Shown here one piece after another: positions 31,322 to 41,689 of a stretch of DNA of 64,000 bases. A model generated the notes under the pieces. The model was given only the letters and a program-made list of their open reading frames with translations, was not told where the DNA came from and made no database searches. The stretch comes from Nitrospirota bacterium (GTDB lineage: Bacteria > Nitrospirota > Nitrospiria > Nitrospirales > NS-4): NCBI GenBank assembly GCA_963788195.1, contig CAWBGA010000017.1, forward strand, positions 384,001-448,000, in the 5' to 3' direction. Numbering within the stretch: the stretch's first letter is position 1; the number at the start of each line of letters is the position of its first letter. A program made the position numbers and the translations under genes.

Positions 31322-31738
31322 TTAGCGCTCGTAGAAGTCGCGATCAGGCGTCTCGTCGAACTCGGGCTCGCGATCCCGGGTCCTCGCGCCACCCTCGCCT
31401 TCGAAATGCTCTTCCATGTCGGCGACGCGCCCCCAAAGCGATTCGATCTTTTCATCGAGCCGGGCCAGACGATCGGCCAGAATTTTGTCCTGATCGCGGC
31501 GCGTTGATCCCTCCTGCCCGCCGACGCCAGGACGCTTGCGTAGCTCTGCTTTCAGGTTCTCAACGTCGGAGGTCAGGCGTCGGACTTGAGCTGTCAGGTC
31601 ATCGGAACCCTTCGCCGCCTGTGGCTCCGGCCGGGTAGATTTTTGTACTTTGGTATCCCGTCCATGCTTGGCTGGGCTCGCGGTCTTGTTCGACGCTGCA
31701 GGCCGCTTGGATCGGACCGGCTTATTCTGTGCAGGCAT
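31322..31738 (-). CDS. Hypothetical coiled-coil protein
   Basis: 138-aa ORF with SD, co-oriented between radC and trpE. Confidence 0.55.
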   Translation of the reverse strand: MPAQNKPVRSKRPAASNKTASPAKHGRDTKVQKSTRPEPQAAKGSDDLTAQVRRLTSDVENLKAELRKRPGVGGQEGSTRRDQDKILADRLARLDEKIESLWGRVADMEEHFEGEGGARTRDREPEFDETPDRDFYER

Positions 31739-31765
31739 GGCCGTCTTTCCTCCCCTCTGTGGACG

Positions 31766-32446
31766 CTACGCCCGAATCCATCCCTGATCGGCAAAGCTGA
31801 CATACCGGCGATCGCCGATGATGACGTGATCCAAAACCCGTATCCCGACGAGCTCTCCGACGGACACCAGCCTCTCCGTTAACGCGCGGTCTTCTGGGCT
31901 CGCGTCGGGATCGCCGCTCGGATGATTGTGCACGAAAATCACCGCCGCCGCCGACTCTCTCACTGCAGGGCCAAAGGCTTCCCGAGGATGCACGACGCTG
32001 AGTGTCAGACTTCCCTCGGAAACAGTGAGATCCTTGATGATGGTATTCTTCCCATCCAGCAGAATCACTTTGAAGATTTCGCGACGCAGTCCCCGCATCA
32101 AAGGGTAATAATGGCGGAAGATGTCGTGGCTTGAGCCGATGCGCCGCCCCGTTGTCAATGGGGCGGCGATCGCGCGCTTGCCGATCTCCAGCGCAGCCTT
32201 GATGGCAGCCGCTTTCGCGGGTCCAATGCCTCGAATCGCGCAAAGCTCCCGAACCCCCTGACGCTCCAGCCCGTGCAAACCGCCTTCTTGAGTCAGAAGC
32301 GCCACCCCTAGGTCAAATGCCGAATCGCCGGCGCGACCCGACCCTAGCACAATTGCAAGAAGCTGGCCGTCCGTCAAGGTGTCTGCTCCATAGCGAAGCA
32401 GTCGCTCGCGCGGTCGCTCCTCCTCGGGCCAGGCTTCGATTCTCAT
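31766..32446 (-). CDS. radC: RadC (JAB domain) protein
   Basis: EERPRERLL..G, HhH GIGPAKA, VHPRE, HNHPSGDPDASPED, VLDHVII. Confidence 0.95.
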   Translation of the reverse strand: MRIEAWPEEERPRERLLRYGADTLTDGQLLAIVLGSGRAGDSAFDLGVALLTQEGGLHGLERQGVRELCAIRGIGPAKAAAIKAALEIGKRAIAAPLTTGRRIGSSHDIFRHYYPLMRGLRREIFKVILLDGKNTIIKDLTVSEGSLTLSVVHPREAFGPAVRESAAAVIFVHNHPSGDPDASPEDRALTERLVSVGELVGIRVLDHVIIGDRRYVSFADQGWIRA

Positions 32447-32583
32447 GATGGTTCCCGGATCTGGTCTCTATGTAATCCTTTACACGGTCAATGGACTTTT
32501 TTGACACAGTAACGGGCTCCGAAGATAAAGCTATGACGCTCAAAATCAGCATAATGTCACGAAATTATTGAGATTGATATTTC

Positions 32584-32599
32584 CGGCACTCCCATTGCT
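32584..32599 (+). promoter_or_regulatory. sigma54 -24/-12 promoter
   Basis: CGGCAC-TCCCA-TTGCT is near the consensus TGGCAC-N5-TTGC and ends 45 nt upstream of the Zn-ribbon ATG. Confidence 0.6.
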
Positions 32600-32644
32600 C
32601 CCATGACATGGCCGTATGGCTGCTTGTGTCTGGAGGTAATCCCC

Positions 32645-32812
32645 ATGGATTGTCCTAAATGCAAGGGTTTGATGGTGAATGAGCGGTTCTCTGATTACTT
32701 CCTGGTCTGTTATGCCTGGAAATGCGTAAATTGCGGCACGGTGGTCGACCCAGTCATCCAGAAGAACCAGCGCAGGCCCCCACCATCGACGATTTCGGGC
32801 GTCACGGAGTAG
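32645..32812 (+). CDS. Small Zn-ribbon protein (CxxC..CxxC), 55 aa
   Basis: SD GGAGG; MDCPKCKGLMV.ER..WKCVNCGTVVDPVI. Confidence 0.8.
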   Translation: MDCPKCKGLMVNERFSDYFLVCYAWKCVNCGTVVDPVIQKNQRRPPPSTISGVTE

Positions 32813-32929
32813 CCATTCCTCCAAGTGCTCCCATAGCTGCCTTTTCTGTTCTTAAGCGCCCTACGGCCTTATCGGGCGACACTTTACGAGCGTCGCGCTC
32901 TATAGTCAATCAGATTTTCGATTGTCAGA

Positions 32930-33517
32930 ATGGCCGAAAAGCAGCTACAGTTTACCATGCGCATAATCGGAGGCGCCTCACGTGGCCGACGACTGGATGG
33001 CCCTTCACGGGGGACTAGACCGACCACTGGTCGCGTAAAAGCCGCACTATTCAATATCCTCTCCGAGCGGATTTTCGGCGCTCGCTTTCTCGATCTCTTC
33101 GCCGGGACAGGTGCAATCGGAATCGAAGCATTGAGCCGCGGCGCCGGCCGGGTGACGTTCGTGGAAGCCGACGCCGACTGCGTTCGGGTCGTTAAATCGA
33201 ACTTGCGGCGTTCCGGGTATGGACATCTCGCCGAAGTCCGATCCATGACGGCCACCCGTTTTCTGAAACAACCTGTGCGGGAACCCTACGACATCGCTTT
33301 TATTGATCCACCGTACCATGGCAACGAGGCGGGCGATGTCTTGCCATTATTAGGTCGCAATGCTATTATCGCGATCAATGGAGTAGTCATCATCGAGCAT
33401 TTTCATAAGGCCCCACCCCCGGTTCAGATCGATCGCCTCATTCTCACAAAATCCTACCGTTACGGCGATACTTTCCTCTCGATCTATAAACCTGGGACCT
33501 TGCAGGACCTTGTATGA
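32930..33517 (+). CDS. rsmD: 16S rRNA m2G966 methyltransferase
   Basis: MRIIGG..RGR, TRPT..RVK.ALFNIL, LDLFAGTGAIGIEALSRGA, DPPY. Confidence 0.93.
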   Translation: MAEKQLQFTMRIIGGASRGRRLDGPSRGTRPTTGRVKAALFNILSERIFGARFLDLFAGTGAIGIEALSRGAGRVTFVEADADCVRVVKSNLRRSGYGHLAEVRSMTATRFLKQPVREPYDIAFIDPPYHGNEAGDVLPLLGRNAIIAINGVVIIEHFHKAPPPVQIDRLILTKSYRYGDTFLSIYKPGTLQDLV

Positions 33518-34002
33518 AGATCGGCGTCTATCCCGGAACATTCGACCCGATTACCAACGGTCACGTCGATCTTATCAATCGCAGTCTGCGGCTGTTTGAT
33601 AAGGTGTACGTCGGCGTGGCGCTGAACCCGCAAAAACACCCGCTGTTCGATTTAGATGAACGGGTCCAAATGGTGCGGGCGGTCACAAAGGAACTGCCAC
33701 GCGTTGAAGTCGAACCGTTCGAGGGACTACTCGTCCAGTACGTACGGGAGCGGGGAGCGCAGGCAATCATTCGCGGGCTTCGGGCAGTATCCGACTTTGA
33801 ATTCGAACTTCAGGTCGCGCTGATGAACCGGAATTTGGATCAGAGTTCAGAGACGGTGTTCCTGATGCCAAGCCAGGAATACATTTATCTCACGTCCACC
33901 ATTATCAAAGAAGTCGCCCGTCACGGGGGAGATCTGGGAGGCCTCCTCCACCCCGAGATCGCGCTCCGGTTGGTCGCCAAATTCGAGAGTTGTACGAAAT
34001 GA
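33514..34002 (+). CDS. coaD: Phosphopantetheine adenylyltransferase
   Basis: YPGTFDPITNGHVD, IRGLRAVSDFEFE. Confidence 0.96.
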   Translation: MKIGVYPGTFDPITNGHVDLINRSLRLFDKVYVGVALNPQKHPLFDLDERVQMVRAVTKELPRVEVEPFEGLLVQYVRERGAQAIIRGLRAVSDFEFELQVALMNRNLDQSSETVFLMPSQEYIYLTSTIIKEVARHGGDLGGLLHPEIALRLVAKFESCTK

Positions 34003-35194
34003 AGCTTGCCAAGCGTGTGAGCCAGATCTCTGCGTCCCCCACATTGAGCATTACGGCGGAGGCCAAGGCCATGGCCGCACGCGGCATAGACGTTATTGAT
34101 TTTGCCTCAGGAGAGCCTGACTTTGATACTCCTCTTGCGGTCCAGGAGGCCGGAATTGCGGCGATTCGGAACGGCTTCACGAAATACACAGCGACTGGCG
34201 GCATCGATGAATTAAAGCAGGCCGTCGTCGAGAAACTGCAGCGAGATCAGCACCTCTCCTACGCCAAATCTCAAATCCTGATCTCCTGCGGCGCCAAGCA
34301 CTCACTCTATAACCTTGCGCAGGCTCTGTTCGAGCCTGGTGATGAGGTCGATTATCCCGGCCCCCTACTGGGTGTCGTACCCGGATCAGGTGCTGCTGAA
34401 TGATGCGACTCCCGTCTTCGTGCCCACGAGCGAGGAAAGTGGCTTTCAACTCCGCCCTGAAATCCTTGAACAGCACCTGTCCCCTCGTACCAAGGCCCTG
34501 GTGGTGAACACCCCGGGCAATCCGACGGGTGCAGTCTATACGCGTCGGACCCTAGAAGCCATTGCCGAGATCGCATTGCGACACGGGATTCTGATCATCT
34601 CGGATGAGATCTATGAGAAAATCATTTATGACGGCATCGAACACGTCAGCATCGCATCCCTCGGCGCCGACGTTCAGGCGCAGACGGTCGTCGTCAACGG
34701 CGTCTCCAAAGCCTATTCGATGACGGGTTGGCGCATCGGGTACGCGGCGGGTCCCCAAGCCCTCATTGATGCGATGGGCGTCGTGCAGAGCCAGAGCACG
34801 TCGAACCCAAACTCCATCGCTCAAAAGGCGGCCGTCGCGGCGCTTCAGAGTACAGACAGCTGTATTAGCGCGATGGTCGCGGAATTCGATGAGCGGCGGC
34901 GTTTTATCGTGGAACGATTAAATAAAATCCCGGGCATGCAATGTCCGATGCCGAACGGAGCCTTTTACGTCTTTCCGTCCGTGGCCCGACTGATTGGTCG
35001 GCGTACTTCCGATAGTCCCATTACCTCATCGGCCACCTTCGCGTCCTATCTATTAAAGGAAGCCAGGGTGGCGACTGTCCCGGGAGAGGCCTTCGGCGCC
35101 CCGGGGCACCTGAGATTCTCCTACGCGACGGGACATGAAAAAGATCGAGGAAGGGATTACCCGTATTGAATCGGCCGTGGCGCGACTTTTGTAG
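33999..35194 (+). CDS. aspC: Aspartate aminotransferase (class I/II PLP); frameshifts near ~34350 and ~35130
   Basis: GEPDFDTP, GAKHSL, PYWVSYP, NTPGNPTG, SDEIYE, NGVSKAYSMTGWRIGY. Confidence 0.9.
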
Positions 35195-35254
35195 ATCTCA
35201 CCAGGCTTGACAAGCGCAAAATGATGGTTACTTTAATTAGTGAGGAGTACTGGT

Positions 35255-35672
35255 ATGCCGGTCTATGAATATGGCTGCGAGGCGGGTCATCGCTTCGAAG
35301 TGAAGCAAAAATTCAGCGATTCCCCGATTACAACCTGTCAGGTATGCTGCTCTTCCGGTCACGAAGTTGATCTCCGCATCCGGCATTAGCTTCAAAGGAT
35401 CCGGCTGGTACGTCACGGACTATTCCAACAAGATGAAGAACCCTGAGGCGCAGGCGAGCTCTTCCGAAAAATCTTCCGACAAGTCTTCCGAGACGTCTTC
35501 CGAGAAATCCTCTGAGAAGTCTCAGGAAAAATCAGGTGCACCCCAAACTTCGACTCCCGCTACCCCTGGATCTTCCTCGCCCTCCAAACCGGACTCCTCT
35601 TCTTCCCCGAAATCAAACGGCGGCGCTTCGCCGAGCCCGGCACCGTCATCGCCAACGCCCTCGGGATCCTAA
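35255..35672 (+). CDS. FmdB-family Zn-ribbon protein with Ser/Pro-rich tail; frameshift near ~35350
   Basis: MPVYEYGCEAGHRFEVKQKFSD..C..C joins ISASGISFKGSGWYVTDY. TTGACA lies at 35207 upstream. Confidence 0.85.
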
Positions 35673-35673
35673 G

Positions 35674-36015
35674 TTATTTTTTCCGCTTGGGGGGAGACAC
35701 AGCTTTAGGTTGGACCGCCTTGGCCTTGGCCTCGGCTTCCGCCACCGATACTTTGAGCTGTCCGACCTGCGTCTGCAAAGCGGCATTTTCTTGTTCCATT
35801 TTTGAGGCTTGCGCTCTGACTTCGTCGAGCGCCTTGCTGAGTTCCGTCACCTTCGCCTGCATCTGAGCCTTCTCAGCCTCGAGCACCTTGAGCTGCGCCT
35901 CTTGCTGCCCGATGCGTTCCTGTAATGTCGGCGGCCACCAGTCGCAGCCCGTTGTGCCGGCTAGGAGTCCGACCAGTACCACCACTCCTGCGGCCTGACG
36001 CGATGTTCTCGTCAT
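35674..36015 (-). CDS. Putative coiled-coil lipoprotein
   Basis: Signal peptide ending TTGC, followed by a heptad-rich region. Confidence 0.65.
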   Translation of the reverse strand: MTRTSRQAAGVVVLVGLLAGTTGCDWWPPTLQERIGQQEAQLKVLEAEKAQMQAKVTELSKALDEVRAQASKMEQENAALQTQVGQLKVSVAEAEAKAKAVQPKAVSPPKRKK

Positions 36016-36019
36016 CCGT

Positions 36020-37441
36020 TCATCCTCCCTGTTGGTTCTGCTCCTCAGTGACTTCGAGCGGCATTCGGCTCGCCGCGCCGCGGCCTACCTGAAATTTCTC
36101 TAAACGATACTGCATCGTCTTGTAGGAGAGACCAAGCATCTTCGCGGCCTTTGCGATAACACCGTTGCTTCGAGCCATCGCCTTTTCCAGTAGTTGCCGT
36201 TCAAACTCCTCCATGGAAAACCCTTCGTTGGGAAGCTCGAAGTCGGTACGGTCGAGCAGCGTCGGCCGCGAGCGCAGTTCGGGAGGGAAATCTTCCACAT
36301 CAATCCGATCGCCCTCGCATAACAGCACGGCCCGCTCGACTACGGATTCGAGCTCCCGCACATTTCCAGGCCAGGGATGTTCCATGAGCACACGCAGAGC
36401 CGGAGGGGTCACGCCTTTGATGGCTTTTCCGGTTGCTGTCCCGTATTTTTTCAGGAAGTGCTCGACGAGCTCCGGGATGTCCGTGGCTCGGTCTCGCAGC
36501 GGAGGCAAAAGAATTGAGACTACATTCAGACGGTAGAACAGATCCTCGCGAAACGTCCCCTGCTTGATTGCCGCCGCAAGTTTGCGGTTCGTTGCAGCGA
36601 CGACACGAACATCAACTTTGATATCATCGCGTCCCCCGATACGCCGGATCTCTTTCTCCTGTAACACGCGCAGCAGCTTGGCTTGAAGCGCGAGGCTTAG
36701 GTCTCCGATCTCGTCGAGAAATAACGTGCCCTGATCGACCGCTTCAAAGAGCCCAATGTGCCGCCCCTGAGCCCCGGTGAAGGCACCCTTTTCGTATCCG
36801 AAGAGCTCGCTTTCGATCAGGGTTTCAGGGATGGCTGCGCAATTCAAAGCGCGGAAGGGCCGCTCCTTGCGGTTCGACTCGGCGTGTAACGCGCGCGCCA
36901 CCAATTCCTTGCCCGTGCCGCTCTCCCCGGTAATCAGCACCGTCGTTTGGCTCGGCGCGACCTTTCGCACCACGCGAAACACCTCTTTCATCAACGGATG
37001 ATGGCCCAGGAGATGGTCGATCTTAAACTTGTCATGCAACTGCTGGCGAAGTTGCCGGTTCTCCTTGACCAGGCGGAGCTTCTCAAATACACGACCAACC
37101 GTGATCAACAGCTCTTCGCGGTCCAAGGGTTTCTCAAGATAGTCGAACGCGCCTTTTTTCATGGCTTCGACCGCGGATCCGACTGTTCCATGCGCGGTGA
37201 TCAGCACCACCAGCGCTTCCGGGTCGAGCTTCATCAAATCGTCGAGGAGAGCTAATCCGTCCCGCTCGGGCATCGACAGATCCGTCAGAACGACATCGAC
37301 GGGGTGGTTGCGGTAAAACGCCAAGGCTTGCGACACATTGGATGAGGACTCGACCGTGTATCCTTCGCCCTCAAGAATGACGGTTAAGATATCCCGCTGG
37401 GATTTCTCATCATCCACGACCAGGATCTGCCCTTCCGTCAT
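36020..37441 (-). CDS. sigma54-dependent response regulator (NtrC family: REC, AAA+, Fis HTH)
   Basis: [55 protein letters not shown]. Confidence 0.96.
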   Translation of the reverse strand: MTEGQILVVDDEKSQRDILTVILEGEGYTVESSSNVSQALAFYRNHPVDVVLTDLSMPERDGLALLDDLMKLDPEALVVLITAHGTVGSAVEAMKKGAFDYLEKPLDREELLITVGRVFEKLRLVKENRQLRQQLHDKFKIDHLLGHHPLMKEVFRVVRKVAPSQTTVLITGESGTGKELVARALHAESNRKERPFRALNCAAIPETLIESELFGYEKGAFTGAQGRHIGLFEAVDQGTLFLDEIGDLSLALQAKLLRVLQEKEIRRIGGRDDIKVDVRVVAATNRKLAAAIKQGTFREDLFYRLNVVSILLPPLRDRATDIPELVEHFLKKYGTATGKAIKGVTPPALRVLMEHPWPGNVRELESVVERAVLLCEGDRIDVEDFPPELRSRPTLLDRTDFELPNEGFSMEEFERQLLEKAMARSNGVIAKAAKMLGLSYKTMQYRLEKFQVGRGAASRMPLEVTEEQNQQGG

Positions 37442-39188
37442 ACCGCCACCTCGGTCACCTCATTGATCGGAAAACCGATCACAACGGTCGTGCCTTCCAG
37501 CGCGCGACTGGTGACGCTGATCTGGCCCCCGTGTTCCTCCACGATCTTCTTCGTAATCGCCAACCCCAGCCCGATCCCGAGCTTCTTGGTTGTAAAATAG
37601 GGATTGAAGATTTTCCCAAGCTCTTCTTCCCCGATACCACTGCCGGTGTCTGAGACCGACACTTCGATCGTTCCGACCATTGCACCCGCCCACCCCGGGT
37701 CGGCCGGGACCGACCCTTGGCCCGGCGCACCCGCCCACCCCGGGTCGGCCGAGACCGACCCCTTGCCCGGCGCACCCGCCCACCCCGGGTCGGCCGATTT
37801 GACCCACCCGCCCCGGCCTGCCGGGTCGGCCGAGACCGACCCCTTGCCCGGCGCACCCGCCCACCCCGGGTCGGCCATTTCACCCACCCGCCCCGAGCCT
37901 GCCGGGACAGGCTCTTTTTCCCGTGTGCCCGACCCTTGGCCCGCGTCGGCTGAACCCGATTCTTGGCTGGCGGTCACTTGACCCTCTCGGTTCGTGCGGT
38001 CGATAGGCCGTGCGCACGACAAGGCGCCCGCCGGAGGGCATGGCTTGAATGGCATTCAGCACGACATTCATGAGACACGTCTTGACCTGAGCCGAATCCG
38101 CATGCAGGCGCGGTATCGTGGGCGGCGCGTCCAGGCCCACGTCGACGCCCTGCTCAAACGCCTTCTGCTGCGCCAAGCCAATGACATCGCGGATAAGCAG
38201 ATTGAGATCCACATCCGTTTTGTTTAACGCCAACGGTTTTCCGACGGTCAGAAAATTTTCGACCATGCTGTTGAGGCGATGAATCTCGTCCTTAATGTTC
38301 GAGATGAGCGCCTGTGTTTCCTGCACGGCTGGGTCACGATTCGCGCTTAGACGGCTGCGGATGTGGTCTATGCTGAGGCTGATGAAGTTCAAGGGATTTC
38401 GGATTTCATGAGCGATACCGGAAGCAAGTTTTCCAACGGCCGACAGTCGCTCCGCCTCGCGCAGGCGCTCTTCCAGTTCACGGTGCTGGCGAAGCTTCTC
38501 CACCATTTCATTGAAGCTTTGGGTCAACTCGGCAATCTCATCACCGCCCTCCACCTCGATGGTTTTCGTTAAATCGCCCGCTGCTACGCGCTTGGCGGCT
38601 TCCACAACACCGTGCAGCGGCTGGATGTATTTTCTAGCCAGGTAGAGGGAGGCGCCAATGCCAAGAGCAAAGATCAATAAGGTCACGGTCACGCGCTTGA
38701 TCAATGTCTCTCGGTTGATTTGCGCCAGGTCGTCAAGCGTGAAGGTGACATGGATGTAGCCCAACACGTCCGTCCCATCCACCAGCGGCGCGGTGACGTT
38801 GTATTCCCGATGGCCGTCTTTGATCACGGTGCTTTCCATTTTTCGGCCGGCCTGGGGCGGCGGGGAACTGGCGACTACTTCCTTCTCCACGTCGAGCAGT
38901 TTGATTTCCTTGACGCCTTTTTTCACCATGCGGCCCGAGGAGCTTCTGCAGTTGTCCGGCATCGGGTTCGCCTGAAAGCTGTTCCAGGCTGACTGCCGTC
39001 GCATTCGAGAGATCGTTAATGCTCTCCTCGACATCAGCAATCAACGCCTGTTGCGACATATGAGAGAGAATTACGGAGGCGGTGAGCGATAGCGCCAGCA
39101 GGGTCAGCATCATGATCATGAGTTTCGTCGTCAGCCCGATACGATGGAAGATGTGATTATTCACCGCGCGCAGCTTGCTCAGGATCAT
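37438..39188 (-). CDS. Sensor histidine kinase (HAMP, HisKA, HATPase_c) with a repeat insertion in the ATPase domain; about two frameshifts
   Basis: TM in ORF 38733..39188. HAMP, GIAHEIRNPL and NVVLNAIQAM in 37880..39040. SDTGSGI, FNPYFTTK and GIGLGLA in 37438..38055. Confidence 0.88.
37679..37945 (+). repeat. Hairpin mini-element cluster C: tandem 45-nt units plus a nested 50-nt unit, inside the kinase CDS
   Basis: GCACCCGCCCACCCC-GGGTCG-GCCG(A/G)GAC-CGACCC-YTTG/TTGG-CCCGGC units start at 37682, 37727, 37772 and 37853. Inner unit GAGCCT-GCCGGGAC-AGGCTC at 37895-37914. Confidence 0.92.
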
Positions 39189-39818
39189 TTATGCCGCCAG
39201 TGATCCAACGATGGAGAGCACCACGCCGCGGGGCACCGCTCCTTCTCGGATCAGTCGTATGGGCAGTACGGTCGTGTCGACCACCGTACTGGGAAGTCCG
39301 CCGGCTGTCGGGCCGCCGTCCAGAATCAGGTCTACGTCGGCCCCCAAGGCCGCATGGACATCCTGCGCGGTGGTAGGCGCTGCCGCCCCGGTTCGGTTGG
39401 CGCTCGTACCCGTCAGCGGGCCCCCTACGGCTTCCAACAATTGCTGGAGCGAATCAGCGGCGGCGAGTCGGATGCCAATCGTTCCCGTGTGCGCACCAAC
39501 CACGGGAGGGACGCTCGGGCAAGCTCGAAACACGATCGTAAGAGGACCGGGCCAACAGGCATTCATAAGTAATTTCGCACTCGGGGTAATATCCGCAACC
39601 AAGCCTTCGAGCTCCTTCGGATGCCGAATGAGTACCAGAATCGGGCTTGTGCCGCGACCTTTGAGCGTAAAGATGCGACCAACGGCCGCCGCATTAAACG
39701 GCGATGCTCCCAAGGCGTAGAAAGTATCCGTAGGGAAAGCAATGACCCCCCCTGCATGTACCAGGCTTGCCGCCCGGACCAGCATCTCCTGCGTGAGCGG
39801 CCACACCGTAGTATTCAC
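39189..39818 (-). CDS. tsaC: L-threonylcarbamoyladenylate synthase (TsaC/Sua5 YrdC domain)
   Basis: AFPTDTFYALG, LKGR, WPGPLT, GTSANRTG, PSTVVD. Confidence 0.92.
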   Translation of the reverse strand: MNTTVWPLTQEMLVRAASLVHAGGVIAFPTDTFYALGASPFNAAAVGRIFTLKGRGTSPILVLIRHPKELEGLVADITPSAKLLMNACWPGPLTIVFRACPSVPPVVGAHTGTIGIRLAAADSLQQLLEAVGGPLTGTSANRTGAAAPTTAQDVHAALGADVDLILDGGPTAGGLPSTVVDTTVLPIRLIREGAVPRGVVLSIVGSLAA

Positions 39819-40336
39819 TATCCGGCTTCCACCTCTCGAGAGGACTCTTCCACTGCCGCGGCCATCGTTTTTTTATGCTGTCGCAGACGATCAGCCACGG
39901 CTGAATCTTTTCGCGCAAGGATCTGTGCGGCAAGGATCGCCGCATTTTTTGCGCCGGCCTTGCCGATTGCCATTGTCGCAACCGGGACGCCCGCCGGCAT
40001 CTGCACTGTGGCCAAAAGGGCATCGATGCCTTTAAGCGCCGACCCCTCCAGCGGTACGCCGATCACCGGCAGAATAGAATTGGCTGCCATGACCCCCGCC
40101 AGATGGGCGGCGCCGCCTGCCCCGACAATCAGCACCTCAAGCCCTCGTTCTTCGGCCGTCGCCGCAAGCTTGTGCGCCCGCTGCGGGGACCTGTGCGCCG
40201 AGGCCACCGACATCTCGCAGGCGATGCCGAGTTCGCGAAGCGCTGTACGAGCCTCTCCCATAGTCGGCGCATCGGAGGCGCTACCCATATAAATACCGAC
40301 CCGCGGCTTTTTCTCGTCGCCCGTCGTTCTCGTCAT
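39818..40336 (-). CDS. purE: N5-CAIR mutase
   Basis: MGSASD, SAHRSP, GAGGAAHLAGV, PVIGVP, VQMPAGVPVAT. Confidence 0.96.
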   Translation of the reverse strand: MTRTTGDEKKPRVGIYMGSASDAPTMGEARTALRELGIACEMSVASAHRSPQRAHKLAATAEERGLEVLIVGAGGAAHLAGVMAANSILPVIGVPLEGSALKGIDALLATVQMPAGVPVATMAIGKAGAKNAAILAAQILARKDSAVADRLRQHKKTMAAAVEESSREVEAG

Positions 40337-40369
40337 ATCCGGTCTCTCGTGTGGTGTGTATTATAGCAT

Positions 40370-41648
40370 TTAAGCAAAAGCCCGCGATCCGATATCGGTG
40401 CGATATTGCATTCCTTCGAACCGAATCGTTTTTACGGCGGCGTAGGCTCTGGCGCGCGCCAAGCCAAAGTCATCCCCGACGCCGGTCACCCCAAGCACCC
40501 GTCCGCCGGCCGTCACAATGGTTTCCGGGGCCGCAGCGCCTTTTGCGGTCCCGGCGTGAAAAATCAGAAGTCCGTGATCATTGTCCTGTTTCTTCAGCCC
40601 CTCAATCGTCACGCCCTTCTGAATCTCTCCCGGATAGCCTTTCGCGGTCAGCACCACGCAGACCGCAACCTGGGAGTGCCACTCGATGGTGGCTTGATCC
40701 AGACGGTGCTCCGTGACCGCTATCATCAACTCCACGAGATCGCTCTTGAGCAGCGGTAACACCACCTGCGTTTCCGGGTCGCCCAAGCGAGCGTTGAATT
40801 CGAGCACTCTGGGCTCTCCGCCACTGACCATCAGACCGGCATAAAGAACACCTTGAAACGGGGATCCTAATTGTGAAAGCCCTTCCACCGCGGGTTCCAG
40901 GATGCATCGACGCACCTGGTCCAAAAGCTTTCCGGTTCCGATGGGCGCCGGAGCATAGGCCCCCATCCCGCCGGTATTCGGACCCGTATCTCCATCACCC
41001 AGACGCTTGTGATCCTGGGCCGGGATCATGGGAATGACAGTCTTCCCATCGGTGAACGCCATGACCGTCATCTCCTCGCCATCTACATACTGTTCGATGA
41101 CCACACGCGCGCCGGCTTCCCCAAATGCCTTGCCCTCCAGCATGGCGGTCACGGCATCGCGGGCCTCGTCACGGGTCTGCGCGATCACGACGCCCTTGCC
41201 TTGCGCTAATCCATCCGCCTTCACCACGATGGGAACATCCCGACGCTCCAGGTAATTCAACGCACCGGCAACGGCTGTGAAGCTCCTGGCTTCGGCGGTG
41301 GGGATACGCAGCCGGACCATGAGATCCTTGGAAAACGTCTTGCTTGACTCAATTCGAGCCGCCGCCTTGTGTGGGCCAAAGATCCGAAGCCTACGCAGCC
41401 TGAACGAATCCACGATGCCGGCGGCCAGCGACGCTTCCGGTCCCACAACCGTCAAATCAACACGATGCTGCTCGGCAAAGGCTTGCAGACCAGTGACATC
41501 ATCGGCCGCCAGAGGGACGCATTCTGCAATGGCGCCGATTCCGGCGTTGCCGGGAGCGCAATATAGCTTTCGTGACAGCGGGGCTGTGGGCAATCTTCCA
41601 AGCTAAGGCGTGTTCCCGCCCGCCGCTTCCAACGATGAGAATTTTCAT
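40370..41648 (-). CDS. purD: Phosphoribosylamine-glycine ligase; frameshift near ~41590
   Basis: [65 protein letters not shown]. Confidence 0.96.
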
Positions 41649-41689
41649 GAATCTGCGTATTTGACGGTAAGAGCCGGCGCCTAAGTGGG

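Noticed and set aside
35455..35535. 12-nt SSEK-type microrepeats in the FmdB-like gene
   Set aside because: Ordinary low-complexity disordered tail typical of this family.
37679..37945. Possible CRISPR array (regularly spaced palindromic repeats)
   Set aside because: Units abut with no unique spacers, lie inside a CDS, and no cas genes are present in the window.
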